Shown: piece by piece, positions 38,501 to 55,907 of the stretch
Numbering within the stretch: the stretch's first letter is position 1
Layout of the letters: every line of letters begins with the position of its first letter
NCBI GenBank assembly: GCA_950097015.1
Contig: CATNEN010000007.1
Location: 3,906,001 to 3,970,000, forward strand
Origin: Macrostomum hystrix
Taxonomy: Eukaryota; Animalia; Platyhelminthes
Length of the DNA: 64,000 bases
Reading direction: 5' to 3'
The notes under the pieces: model-generated
What the model saw: only the letters and a program-made list of their open reading frames with translations
Databases searched by the model: none
What the model was told of the DNA's origin: nothing
Program-made: the position numbers and the translations under genes

Positions 38501-39698
38501 TTCATTGCTTTGACATTTTTCCCTCTGCATAAAACTAATGCTGGGATTGTCAATGTGCATTCATTGCTTTGACATTTTCCCTCTGCATAAAACTAATGCT
38601 GGGATTGTCAATGTGCATCCATTGCTTTGACATTTTCCCTCTGCATAAAACTAATGCTGGGATTGTCAATGTGCATCCATTGCTTTGACATTTTTCCCTC
38701 TGCATAAAACTAATGCTGGGATTGTCAATGTGCATTCATTGCTTTGACATTTTCCCTCTGCATAAAACTAATGCTGGGATTGTCAATGTGCATTCATTGC
38801 TTTGACATTTTCCCTCTGCATAAAACTAATGCTGGGATTGTCAATGTGCATTCATTGCTTTGACATTTTCCCTCTGCATAAAACTAATGCTGGGATTGTC
38901 AATGTGCATCCATTGCTTTGACATTTTTCCCTCTGCATAAAACTAATGCTGGGATTGTCAATGTGCATTCATTGCTTTGACATTTTCCCTCTGCATAAAA
39001 CTAATGCTGGGATTGTCAATGTGCATCCATTGCTTTGACATTTTTCCCTCTGCATAAAACTAATGCTGGGATTGTCAATGTGCATTCATTGCTTTGACAT
39101 TTTTCCCTCTGCATAAAACTAATGCTGGGATTGTCAATGTGCATTCATTGCTTTGACATTTTCCCTCTGCATAAAACTAATGCTGGGATTGTCAATGTGC
39201 ATCCATTGCTTTGACATTTTCCCTCTGCATAAAACTAATGCTGGGATTGTCAATGTGCATTCATTGCTTTGACATTTTCCCTCTGCATAAAACTAATGCT
39301 GGGATTGTCAATGTGCATCCATTGCTTTGACATTTTCCCTCTGCATAAAACTAATGCTGGGATTGTCAATGTGCATTCATTGCTTTGACATTTTCCCTCT
39401 GCATAAAACTAATGCTGGGATTGTCAATGTGCATTCATTGCTTTGACATTTTCCCTCTGCATAAAACTAATGCTGGGATTGTCAATGTGCATCCATTGCT
39501 TTGACATTTTTCCCTCTGCATAAAACTAATGCTGGGATTGTCAATGTGCATTCATTGCTTTGACATTTTCCCTCTGCATAAAACTAATGCTGGGATTGTC
39601 AATGTGCATCCATTGCTTTGACATTTTTTCCCTCTGCATTAAACTAATGCTGGAATTGTCAATGTGCATCCATTGCTTTGACATTTTTCCCTCTGCAT
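35572..39698. repeat. 58-bp tandem satellite, ~70 copies, highly homogeneous
   Basis: Unit gggattgtcaatgtgcatYcattgctttgacatttt(t)ccctctgcataaaactaatgct. Confidence 0.98.
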
Positions 39699-41019
39699 TT
39701 GTCAGATAAATTTTTCTTTCACGAACGTGACGCGCCTCATCGTGGCGTGAAAGTGAACAGTGCGCGTTTAAATCTTTTGCACTGGCCAAGACGTCACGAC
39801 TAGTTAGTCCAGGTTTTTTACAATCTTCTTCTGTACTGAATATTCACGAACCAATCACGTCATATATTTTATTCTATTAATTCACATTCTTTATACCCAG
39901 AAATTTGCTGTTATAGTAGACTCCCTCTCACAAAGTTGGCCTATTTTGTCTGGTTTCCGGTACGTAAATCAAGAAATCAAAGCAATGAACGCTACTTTAG
40001 TTTAGATTTAGTATCATTTGCGATTCAGCTCTCAATCTACGTGTTCTCAATATAATTTCCTGCTTTCATTCATTCTCTTCCCTATGTTCCGTGGTACACA
40101 ACTGCTGGACTGGAGAACAATCGCACTCGGCACCAAAAGATGTAGTGGCACTTTTAGGCTTAAACACAGGTAAATGATGCTTTTAATTACTTAAATAGGT
40201 GACTTTTTTAGTGAATTTTTATATCCAATTTCAATTCCCGCCCTGCCAGGAAATGCGAACTGGACTCGACAGTTTAGCTTATTCGGAGGCAGACTTGCAA
40301 AGACAGCGGCGAAGCCTGTCTGTCATCAGCAGAAACCGTAGCCGGCCGTCAGTGTCTCTGCGCCACCTTCGCGATGCGCGGTTTCTCAATGTACGACGGA
40401 AGATGATTGCATATTATGCACTGTCTGCAGCTACCCATCTAGCCGACTAGCGGGCCTGCCATCCCACCAATACGGCGCTGGAATACTGAGTACTGGTTGC
40501 TAACTGCAAAGTTACATGCTACTCACCTTAATGCGATATTATTTTGCGCATTCTCAAGTCCGTGTACTCTGTACTTACCCCCTTTTGAGCAGTTATTGCA
40601 ATATGTACATTTTTCTTATTTACTCCGTTACTCCGTTATATATCAGCGGAGTGGGGTGGGTTAACGTAATGGGGTGGGTGAGACTGGGCGCATGTAATAC
40701 TAAGAAAACATAATAACATTAGGCTGAATTTATGTATCTATTCTACGCATCCACTGTCCTATCTCTACAGTTTTGGCCATACCCACTGCAAACAGATGGT
40801 GGTTTCACTGTTTTCCCCAGGCCAACAGTTGTTTTGTTGTTGTCTTCATATGAAAAAATTACAGAGACCAGAGCAAAAGTGAAATTCCATTGGAGGATTG
40901 GAACTGAATAATCAATCGGTTTATCAGACTGCACTGACTGCCTCTCTCTCTCCCTCTCAGACAGATTTACCTGCGACAGAGTCCACTATGCAAACACAGG
41001 CGTTTGTTCACGCACTAGG

Positions 41020-41346
41020 ACCCCACGGAATTTCCGAGGACTTCCTTGCGGCAGAGTTTTGCTATGTAAAACATGGGCCTATGTACATGCACTGGGCCCC
41101 ATGGAATTTCCGCGGATTTCCTTGCGGCAGAGTTCTGCCATGTGAAACATAGGCGCTATGGCATGCTTTGTAAAAGTGAGTCAGTAATGTACACTACCCT
41201 TGTTTCTATTTTTAACAAATTCGCCTGGGACTCCCCGGAACTGCCACGGCTTTCCCTGCGGCAGAATCCACCAATGCATTTACATAGGCTCCTATGTTTA
41301 CACACTGAGCCCCGTGGCTTTTCCACGGAAAATCCTGCGGCAGTAG
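41020..41346. repeat. Degenerate ~77-bp tandem repeat (4 units) with conserved ...tcc(c/t)tgcggcag core
   Basis: Cores at ~41021, 41097, 41231, 41310; intervening segments also related (acat(a/g)ggc..ctatg..cactg). Confidence 0.7.
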
Positions 41347-41699
41347 CAGAGTACTACTACTATTATGGCTGGCCATAAAGCACCAGAAGAATTCAGTCCT
41401 GACGTCCAACGAGTTAACTACGACAGGCGAATGGTCGAGCAATTCATTGCGACCATTCGTTTCTATTCTGTGATGGCAGCTGTGTATAATATAACTAGTA
41501 TACGATGCCTTCGTCCCATACACTGCCTGCGGCTTCATATTAGTGCTTATGCCCTGTCGTCGCGATGAAATCAGTTAACTAAAAACAATATATTACATTG
41601 TTATTGCGCATGAAGTTCTATCATAAATCAGTTTTGCATAATTAATTTTACGAGTCTTACACTTTTGCAATTTTTTAGTTCTGTCGAAAGTAATAAAAA

Positions 41700-42475
41700 A
41701 TAAAATAAAAAGTTAATAACTCAACTAATAAATCAAGTCATATTTGATTATTTGATTACCGTCAGAAATACTCAAACTTTCGCACAAATGCTTCATTTCG
41801 TCTTCGTTTTAGAACACATCTTTCTTTCCAAAAATATTATAACAACTAATAATAATCAATGCTTCAAGTACTTTTGCAAAAGTACTGCCTTAACCATCGT
41901 TTAAGAACAAATCCGTATTTTCGCGAAAATACCAACAGAAATAGTACACAGCACTGCTTCAAGTAATTTTGCGCAAATACGCTTTTGCGCTTTTACGATT
42001 GTATGAGAACACAATCGTACTTTCGCGAATATAGCAGCTGCTTTTGCCGCACTATCTCATGTACTTTTTCATAAGAACGGCAGTTAACTTCATTACATAA
42101 TACATCCGTACTTTGCAAAAATTCCATCGTTAATGATCATTATTAGTAAAAAATATTTTCGTACTTTTGCTCGTATACGGCAGTTACCTTCGTTTGATAA
42201 TGTCTCTGATCTCCTTTGGGACACATTGGTCTTTTCGTGAAAATATCAAAAAAATAATCGTCTGCACTACTTTAAGTATTTTCGCAATAATACTGCCTTG
42301 ACTTTTCATTTTAGAACTCTTTTTTTTCCTTTTGCAAAGAAATGTTTTTGAACATATTATTTTTCATCAATACTTTTGGTACTTTGCGGAAATACTACTC
42401 GGTGAAATGTCTATGGTAAAAAGACAAGACACCTCGTCTGAGAATACGTATGTGCTTTCGCGAAAATAGCATCAT
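41700..42475. repeat. Old AT-rich degenerate repeat block with recurring TTCGCGAAAATA/tacttt-gc motifs; related block at 25620-25760
   Basis: acacttcgtctgagaattcgtatttactttcgtgaaa (25721) vs acacctcgtctgagaatacgtatgtgctttcgcgaaa (42428). Confidence 0.6.
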
Positions 42476-42797
42476 GTAGCCATACGTTCCGGGCACTGGA
42501 AAGCAGGGACGTAGTAGGAATGCTATAATTTGTGCTAAAATTATCATGTGATGTAACATCTATGCGCTACATGTAGTTATCTATGGCGAGTTATTGAACA
42601 TTGTATCGCTATTTGACTATCATTATTTGTAGTTTTTATGCGTTACAGTTCATTGTTTGCCATTCGGCATTGAACCTAGACGAATGTTCAATTTATTCGA
42701 AAGAAGTAACAAGAACGAACATAGACGAAACCTATGTGATGAATGCCTCAAATGAACACCAACAAAAGTTAACTTTCAGTCAATGCAGTCATTAAAG

Positions 42798-43800
42798 CTA
42801 TTCAAAAAAGAAATCAATGATGTTCGAACTGCCGTTCACTTGGATTCGCATTTTTTTCTCTGGTGGGCCTTGGACCCGATGAAACTCCTCATCTCCACTA
42901 ATGGATGGCGCAGCCTCAGTACGATCCATACAATCCAAAGACTTCTTCATGGCGGTATGCACGTTCACAGAGGACTTGTACAAACTGCGATCACGCCTCT
43001 TATGCAGATATCGCCGAACGGTCGCCTCCGACTTGTGACCCGTCACGAGCATGATGTCGTGGACAGCTCGGATGCAGACTAACGTCGATGGTGAATAGCT
43101 CTCACCGCTTTGTTCTCAACTGGAAGTAGACTAATCGTAGATACTGATTCAGGGTGTTGTCATTCACTTTCGCCAAATCTGAGTTCAGACCGCGACCCTC
43201 CAGAAATTCGACAAACTTGCGCCCATGATCCTCCATCTGTTTCCGACTGCTTTGAGGTAGACTTTCCGTCCCAGCTTCATCGATGCTGGTAAGTTGTTCA
43301 CGAATCAGCAGGCAGATCGGATGTGTTCGCTTTGTCGCCGATGGAGCTCTCACAAAACAAGAACTGGGTCACTAGCTCGTCACGACGGCAGTCGTTGCGC
43401 GACAGTTCGGCCACGAGATCCAACTCGGACTGGGACAAAGCATTTAAGCTATCGACAGGAAGATTATTAAAATTTAGAAGATGGACACTTCTAGCATCCA
43501 TGTCTAGGCTTCCAGGTTTGTTAATATTTCTCTCTAGTCTAAGCATGTGCTCTTCTCCCCTGCTTGCCTCAATCAACTTTCGTCCTTAGTACAAAACAGA
43601 ATATTAAATTTACAATGCGTTGCAATGCAAGTTTTGTCTATGGCAATCCTCAATGCTAATTTCGTCAAATAGGCTAGAGAGAAGGGTATGAATACACTCT
43701 ACCATAGACATCAAAGTTTTCTTCAAGTTTTCTTCCCACCCCCCTGCTACGAGCGTCACTTTTCTATGCCACAGACAGTTCATACGATAGCGATTCAATT
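42798..43800 (-). mobile_element. Crypton-type tyrosine-recombinase transposon, internally deleted and frameshifted
   Basis: KFVEFLEGRGL...LNQYLRLVYFQLRTK(S)GESYSPSTLVCIRA (core-binding domain) joined directly to DIMLVTGHKSEATVRRY (C-terminal H...Y catalytic motif of DUF3504/Crypton). Confidence 0.8.
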
Positions 43801-44958
43801 ATTGGACGTTAATTATTACTCAATATTGAACACTCACAGTGAGCGCAGAATGTGTTACCCTTTTTGGGACACCCGTTACATTTGCTGCGATTCTTGTAGG
43901 GCGTCTGCTATGCTTATGTCTGCTGCGCAGGCCTCTGAAGCAACGAAAATGTAAAATAAACTAAAGGCTTAAAGCTACGCAGGCTTTTTAATCACCAAAC
44001 ATTTGCACAGAGTGTAACGCAAACCATTTAATTCACCGTTTACATTTTGAAATGTATGTATAAGAAATTTTCCATTAAAACAAATATGTCACTGATGAAT
44101 AAAGTAATATAGTATAGACAATCAGTAATGCTAATTTATCCACTAAATTGTCTCAAAACTTTAGCCTCTGGTACAAATACTATATATTAACATTTATTAT
44201 ATGATATTTTGATCGCTAATGCTATTGAATTGAAATACGCATGCTCCTAGACTACACCGAGTACTTATTAAATGGGAGTACGTGACAAACCAGATCCGGT
44301 AATAATAATAACAGAATTGTGCTTAAACATATGAAACTATGCAGAATTCAGAGGGAGAGCAAAAGCGGCTAGGAAAATATTGAAAATTGCCACATCAATA
44401 GATTTAGGCCACTGACGAGCAGTATGGATTTACTATTTCAGCACTCACCGGCCTAGTGACGTCACAGGCCAGAAGAACGCGGAAAGCAAGAAAAGCGGAG
44501 GATTTATAAATATATATTTTTTAATTATTCATAAAAGACCAACAAAAGACTGAGTAACAAATAGAGAAAACTCAGGCAACAATCAAGAAAGCTAAAGATT
44601 GTTAGCCGAGCTATATTGATATAATTGCTTTTGCAGATGCCGTATTTCCAGGCACACATAGGAATCTTAGACCGACATTTGATTTCCTGTTGCTATGTAG
44701 CTGATTCATGCATGGATTCAAGCAGCTGTTCCATCTTTAGGGGACAACAGGACCATCAAATGACAGCCCAGAGCCAACATCAGTCAATAACAAATAACCA
44801 ATAAATTTGTAAGCAGCCAATTAAAATAGCCGCGTGATTCCTAGGGTCCTTTTGGCGCATATTTCTACATATAGAAAAATATATAAGATAAACTAAAGTT
44901 AATGTGCCACTACTGAGCCACAGCTGATGACCTTCAAACCAGTGAGCCAGCTTGCTGC

Positions 44959-50451
<5,493 letters not shown>

Positions 50452-51589
50452 ATTGAACCGATAATGTCAGTTTTCAAATGTAATTAAGCACCGTTAGCTT
50501 ATATCTTGACAATCTATTTTCTATAATACTAGAGAAGCAGCAACAGGAATCTGCAACGGAACAACAGTGCGGAACAGTGTGATTAGACAGTTCTTGTTTT
50601 TATATTTTATTTTCTAGAGCTTAAGGACTGAATAAGGCTTAAGGCTTTGCGAGAACTGTGGAAGCGCTTCACTAGTTAATCTCCCAGCCCCTAAAACTCC
50701 GCTGCATGTACACAGGGTATTGACGTGTTGAAGCTCCCAGGCAACTACCTACGCTAAACTTTATCCGCCTGAGAGTACCCAATCCCCATTCCACTCCTAG
50801 GCTTGGCTATTTTCTTACTAGACACACAATCCTATTCAAATACAGTTCAACCTCAACTACTTCACCTCAACGTGCGCATACTCACGCTCAAAGACAATGA
50901 CGAAATCAAGGTCTTCTTTTTGGGCTAAAACCTTTTTTCTTATTGCGTAGATCCTTTTTATATCCCCAACCAAATTATTCTGGAATAATCAATACACCCG
51001 CAGTCGAGAAATTCTTTATATTCCACAATAAAATGTAGCGCAAAGCATTTGTATCTTTTATTAAAACAGAACGAACACTTCGTCAGGCATTTAGAGCAAA
51101 AACTTAAATAAAAGGGCGCTAAAACTGCTTCAGATGCGCGCTAAACATATAGCAAGAAAACGTATAGGAACCCGCAAAAGTGGACCTAGAGAAACGTAAT
51201 TTAATCTAGGCGGCTACATGTAACTGCAATCAAAGCTGTGAAAGATACAATTCAGACTACTGACAACAGTAGAAAAGCAAAGGTTTGGCTGCAAAACTCT
51301 CACATAACACTAAAATAGTATCGCCATAAAAATGGCAAGCTTAAAAGTGCACACTAAGGTGGGAGAGGACTGTGTGTAGCTATGGCTGACTGACGAAGGC
51401 AAACAAGCCAGAAACCGGTCTCGGTCTGGCAGCGCGAGGTTCGTTCCCCACTTTTAGTGTATTACAAAAGCTAGTCTCACTTGTGCAGAGGTGTGTTTGA
51501 TGGCTGATTGGCAATGTGAATGAGCATTAAGTAGCCGAAAACGGTTATATGCATGGTGTATTGACATTAGGCTTATGATAATACAGTAA

Positions 51590-51800
51590 TTTATTTATTT
51601 GCAGGGGCTGCAGGCACATCATTGGGTGACTGATCCACATTCCACTGACCTGTGAGCACACACACACGTACCCACACAGATACTGTATGCAGGCACACCC
51701 TCACAAAGGGGTGTAAATCTGTCCCTGACTTTCTCATCGCCAGGCAGTGTACAATCTCGCCGTGCTTTAGAGAGTGGCCCTCTCTAATATAAGGCATAAA
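51590..51800 (-). mobile_element. SINE family B copy (body and 3' part)
   Basis: Reverse complement aligns to 30725-30945 (gagggcca..ctcta.agcac, tgtacactgcctg..ga..agaaagtcaggg, cagtatctgtgtg). Confidence 0.75.
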
Positions 51801-54267
51801 GTGCACAACAAACCCCCAAGCCTTAAAAAGTGTTCTGACCATGATATTGCATATATATTATGGTGTGGCTACAACATCCATAAATATGGAATACAGAAAT
51901 GTAGCCTACAAGCAGTATTATTTAGGTCAGAGTTTAATAGTGTTTATATATATATATATATATAGTTTTTCTGTGCCATTTTCTATATATATAAAGTTTG
52001 GGACTTAAAAGGTTTGGGCTAAAACTTCCTCACCACCCCCAACATGCACACAGCAGTGAAATATCTCTAAAGCTAGAATCCCTTACACCACACAGTTTCT
52101 GGTCTTTTCATCTGCCCTATCTTGTCTGCAATTAACTTGTATTTAAAAGAAAATTAGTATAAACTTGTCTGCCATAAAGACAACTAAAAAAGTTGTCTGC
52201 TATGGCTTTTATTGTCACAAAATAAAAGATAATATTGATTGCTTAATATGTACATACAGGGTTTTTTGTGCAAATTGGGTGCAACTTGCACCTATTTTTT
52301 ACATCAAGTATGCAAAGCTTGCATCTGTTTTCCATGGCAAGGTGCAAATGCAACAATGAGAATGCATAAACAAGTCTTTGAAAAGTTACAAGATGAGGTT
52401 TCTAAATTTCTATTAAATGCTAACTTTAATAAAGAAAAGAAACAAAATAAGCCTACAAACTTTCATTTTTCTAAATTTTAATAAAAGTGTGTATTTTATG
52501 ACTTAACTGTACTTATTTTGGATTTGGGCTTAAGATACAAGCTTACATCAGAAGTTTGGACAAAAACCTATATACATACATGATAAAAAATTAAATATAT
52601 TTACACTGAAATGCACAAAAAACTGCTGATTTTACTAGCCATGCATTGAGCTGTGAAAGTTAGTCTGAAGTGCCATTATTTGTAAATTGTCTCTTAGGTA
52701 TTGTAGCTGTTATGGTAAATTCTTTGTGATTAGGAACATGTAGATTTCATATTTTTCACTAGACAAGAGCAATTTGTAAGGAGCCTAAGTACCTCAATGG
52801 CAATGGACCTATTTATTCTATTTCTATGAAAATTCTACCTAAGCTGATGACATCTGCAAATATGTTGCTCACATCATGCAGTCTCTAGTAATAAGGCAAC
52901 CAACTGGCAAGCATTCCAAACAATGAGCATTGCTTATGCTGCCAGAAGATCAACAAGGATAAACAGTCCCATGATATGATATATAGGCATCTATACATTA
53001 CTGGCATGATAGCAAAATGTTTAAGTTCTTCATATTTTAGTTAAGGCCAAGTTGGCCAACTAATCTACTAATTTATTTTACTTGCCTACAAATTAGTCTA
53101 ACTGTCTGCTGGCAATTCTTCATTATTTTTGACAATTCCTGACTGATTAGAACTATTCAGAATGTGACAGTAAAGGAATTAGGTGCCAATGAAAATGACT
53201 TCCTATTTGTTTATATATTAACTGTTATTGACATTAGCCAATCTCCAATGGACTAGGCACTAGGAATTTTTTTGCTGATATAGTAACTAGGGCTAGATAT
53301 GCAAAAGAAAAGCTTCCATGGCAATAGGCTAACAAATATTAAATATAGCGAAATGTTAAAAATCTAAGGGTGGGAAAATCTAAAAATCTAAGCTTGGCAA
53401 GTGCAGCTGTGTTAGTGGGATGATCAGCTGAAAGGAAAACTAGAATATATTTTTAGTGCTTCCGCCAAGAAAACTTATGTTCTAGACTTTAGCGCAAAGT
53501 TTCGGGATTACTTTCTACACAGAAAGGCTTTTGCCGCGACTTTAGTCTGTTGTCTGCCCTCTATTCACTCTTCCGCTCGCTGCACTATATTGTTTACCTC
53601 GCCCAGATCAATTTAGTTCTTCCTCTCGAAAGAGAGTTTCTCTCTACCCCTTCCTCCTTTCTGATTGGTCGCCACCTCACCCCACTACCCCCCAAGTGTC
53701 TGAAGGTGCCTGCCCCAATTATCTCTCTCCACAGTTGGTTCAATAGATGTCGCACCTTTTGACTCGACACCTCTCCTCTCAAGCTGTTTCTATTTCATCG
53801 TTCCAAGTCAAATATTAATAGGAGGACTATAGGAGTTCACGGCACGATGAATCTTGTTTGAAATTTAGTCTAAATTGAATCATTTAACTAAAGCTAAAAT
53901 TCAGAAAAGCGAAACAAAAAAGTTATTCTACATCATTTTGTTTAAGATAAGGACTCCATATAATTAATTTCTTTGATTTACAAGTCAGCGCTAACAAGTG
54001 GAAGTAAACGGGCAAATGTCAGCCGGTTGCAGGTGGACAATTACACATAGTAATCATTTAAATTGTTTTGGCTAAGAAAAACAATTACAAGAGACAATGA
54101 TTAATCTTATTGACTTCTCTAAACAATCAGAAAAGAAACGAACTCTTAAACAATAAATTAATTTAGTAAGCTTAAAAGTAAAAAGTGGGACATGCAAATA
54201 AGTATACTTAGTGTTAATAGGATTGAGCATGATTTGGATATAGCTCGGGATTCCGCTGAGATTACAG

Positions 54268-55705
54268 CCATGGTCCCGCTTCGATTCTGGGTATGGCTCT
54301 TGCTACGATTCTAGGTACGGCTCTTGCTACGATTCTAGCTACGGCTCTTGCTACGATTCTGGGTATGGCTCTTGCTACGATTCTAGTTACGGCTCTTGCT
54401 ACGATTCTGGGTATGGCTCTTGCTACGATTCTAGTTACGGCTCTTGCTACGATTCTGGGTATGGCTCTTGCTACGATTCTAGCTACGGCTCTTGCTACGA
54501 TTCTAGGTACGGCTCTTGCTACGATTCTAGGTACGGCTCTTGCTACGATTCTAGGTACGGCTCTTGCTACGATTCTGGGTATGGCTCTTGCTACGATTCT
54601 AGGTACGGCTCTTGCTTCGATTCTAGCTACGGCTCTTGCTACGATTCTGGGTATGGCTCTTGCTACGATTCTAGGTACGGCTCTTGCTACGATTCTAGGT
54701 ACGGCTCTTGCTACGATTCTGGGTATGGCTCTTGCTACGATTCTAGGTACGGCTCTTGCTACGATTCTAGGTACGGCTCTTGCTACGATTCTAGGTACGG
54801 CTCTTGCTACGATTCTGGGTATGGCTCTTGCTACGATTCTAGGTACGGCTCTTGCTTCGATTCTAGCTACGGCTCTTGCTACGATTCTAGGTACGGCTCT
54901 TGCTACGATTCTAGGTACGGCTCTTGCTACGATTCTAGGTACGGCTCTTGCTACGATTCTAGGTACGGCTCTTGCTACGATTCTGGGTACGGCTCTTGCT
55001 ACGATTCTGGGTATGGCTCTTGCTACGATTCTAGGTACGGCTCTTGCTACGATTCTGGGTATGGCTCTTGCTACGATTCTAGGTACGGCTCTTGCTACGA
55101 TTCTGGGTACGGCTCTTGCTACGATTCTAGCTACGGCTCTTGCTACGATTCTGGGTATGGCTCTTGCTTCGATTCTAGCTACGGCTCTTGCTACGATTCT
55201 AGGTACGGCTCTTGCTACGATTCTAGGTACGGCTCTTGCTACGATTCTAGGTACGGCTCTTGCTACGATTCTAGGTACGGCTCTTGCTACGATTCTAGGA
55301 ACGCCTCTTGCCACGATTCTAGGTACGGATCTTGCTACGATTCTAGTCAAAGCTCTTTCTACGATTTAAATTAAGGCTCTGGCTACGGTTCTAGTTAAAG
55401 ATATTGCTACGGTTCTAGTTAAAGATATTGCTACGGTTCTAGTTAAAGATATTGCTACGGTTCTAGTTAAAGATATTGCTACGGTTCTAGTTAAAGATAT
55501 TGCTACGGTTCTAGTTAAAGATATTGCTACGGTTCTAGTTAAAGATATTGCTACGGTTCTAGTTAAAGATATGGCTACGGTTCTAGTTAAAGATATTGCT
55601 ACGGTTCTAGTTAAAGATATTGCTACGGTTCTAGTTAAAGATATGGCTACGGTTCTAGTTAAAGATATTGCTACGGTTCTAGTTAAAGCTGTTGCTACGG
55701 TTCTA
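54268..55705. repeat. Two juxtaposed related 24-bp minisatellites: ggtacggctcttgctacgattcta (~45 copies, to ~55345) and tgctacggttctagttaaagatat (~13 copies)
   Basis: Direct reading; shared core tgctacgRttctag. Confidence 0.97.
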
Positions 55706-55907
55706 GCTATTCCCAGCAGCGGTTGCATGGAGCTAATATAAATCTTGAAAATACATTGGAATGACCCACACTGTAAAGTTTAAATAAACAGATTTGAGCG
55801 TAGAAAATGTGCATGCAGTTGAATATGCACACAAAGAAAAGCGTCTTAAATTAGTTTGGCAAAGGCTGGTCCATTGAACAAGAATGAGGTAATGGCCACT
55901 CTAACCC

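Noticed and set aside
41020-41346. CRISPR-like repeat-spacer array
   Set aside because: The spacers are homologous to each other and variable in length, the repeats are degenerate, there are no cas genes and the context is eukaryotic
54262-55728. 358/362/120-aa repetitive ORFs on both strands
   Set aside because: The 24-bp stop-free unit produces them automatically; no non-repetitive domain or codon evidence
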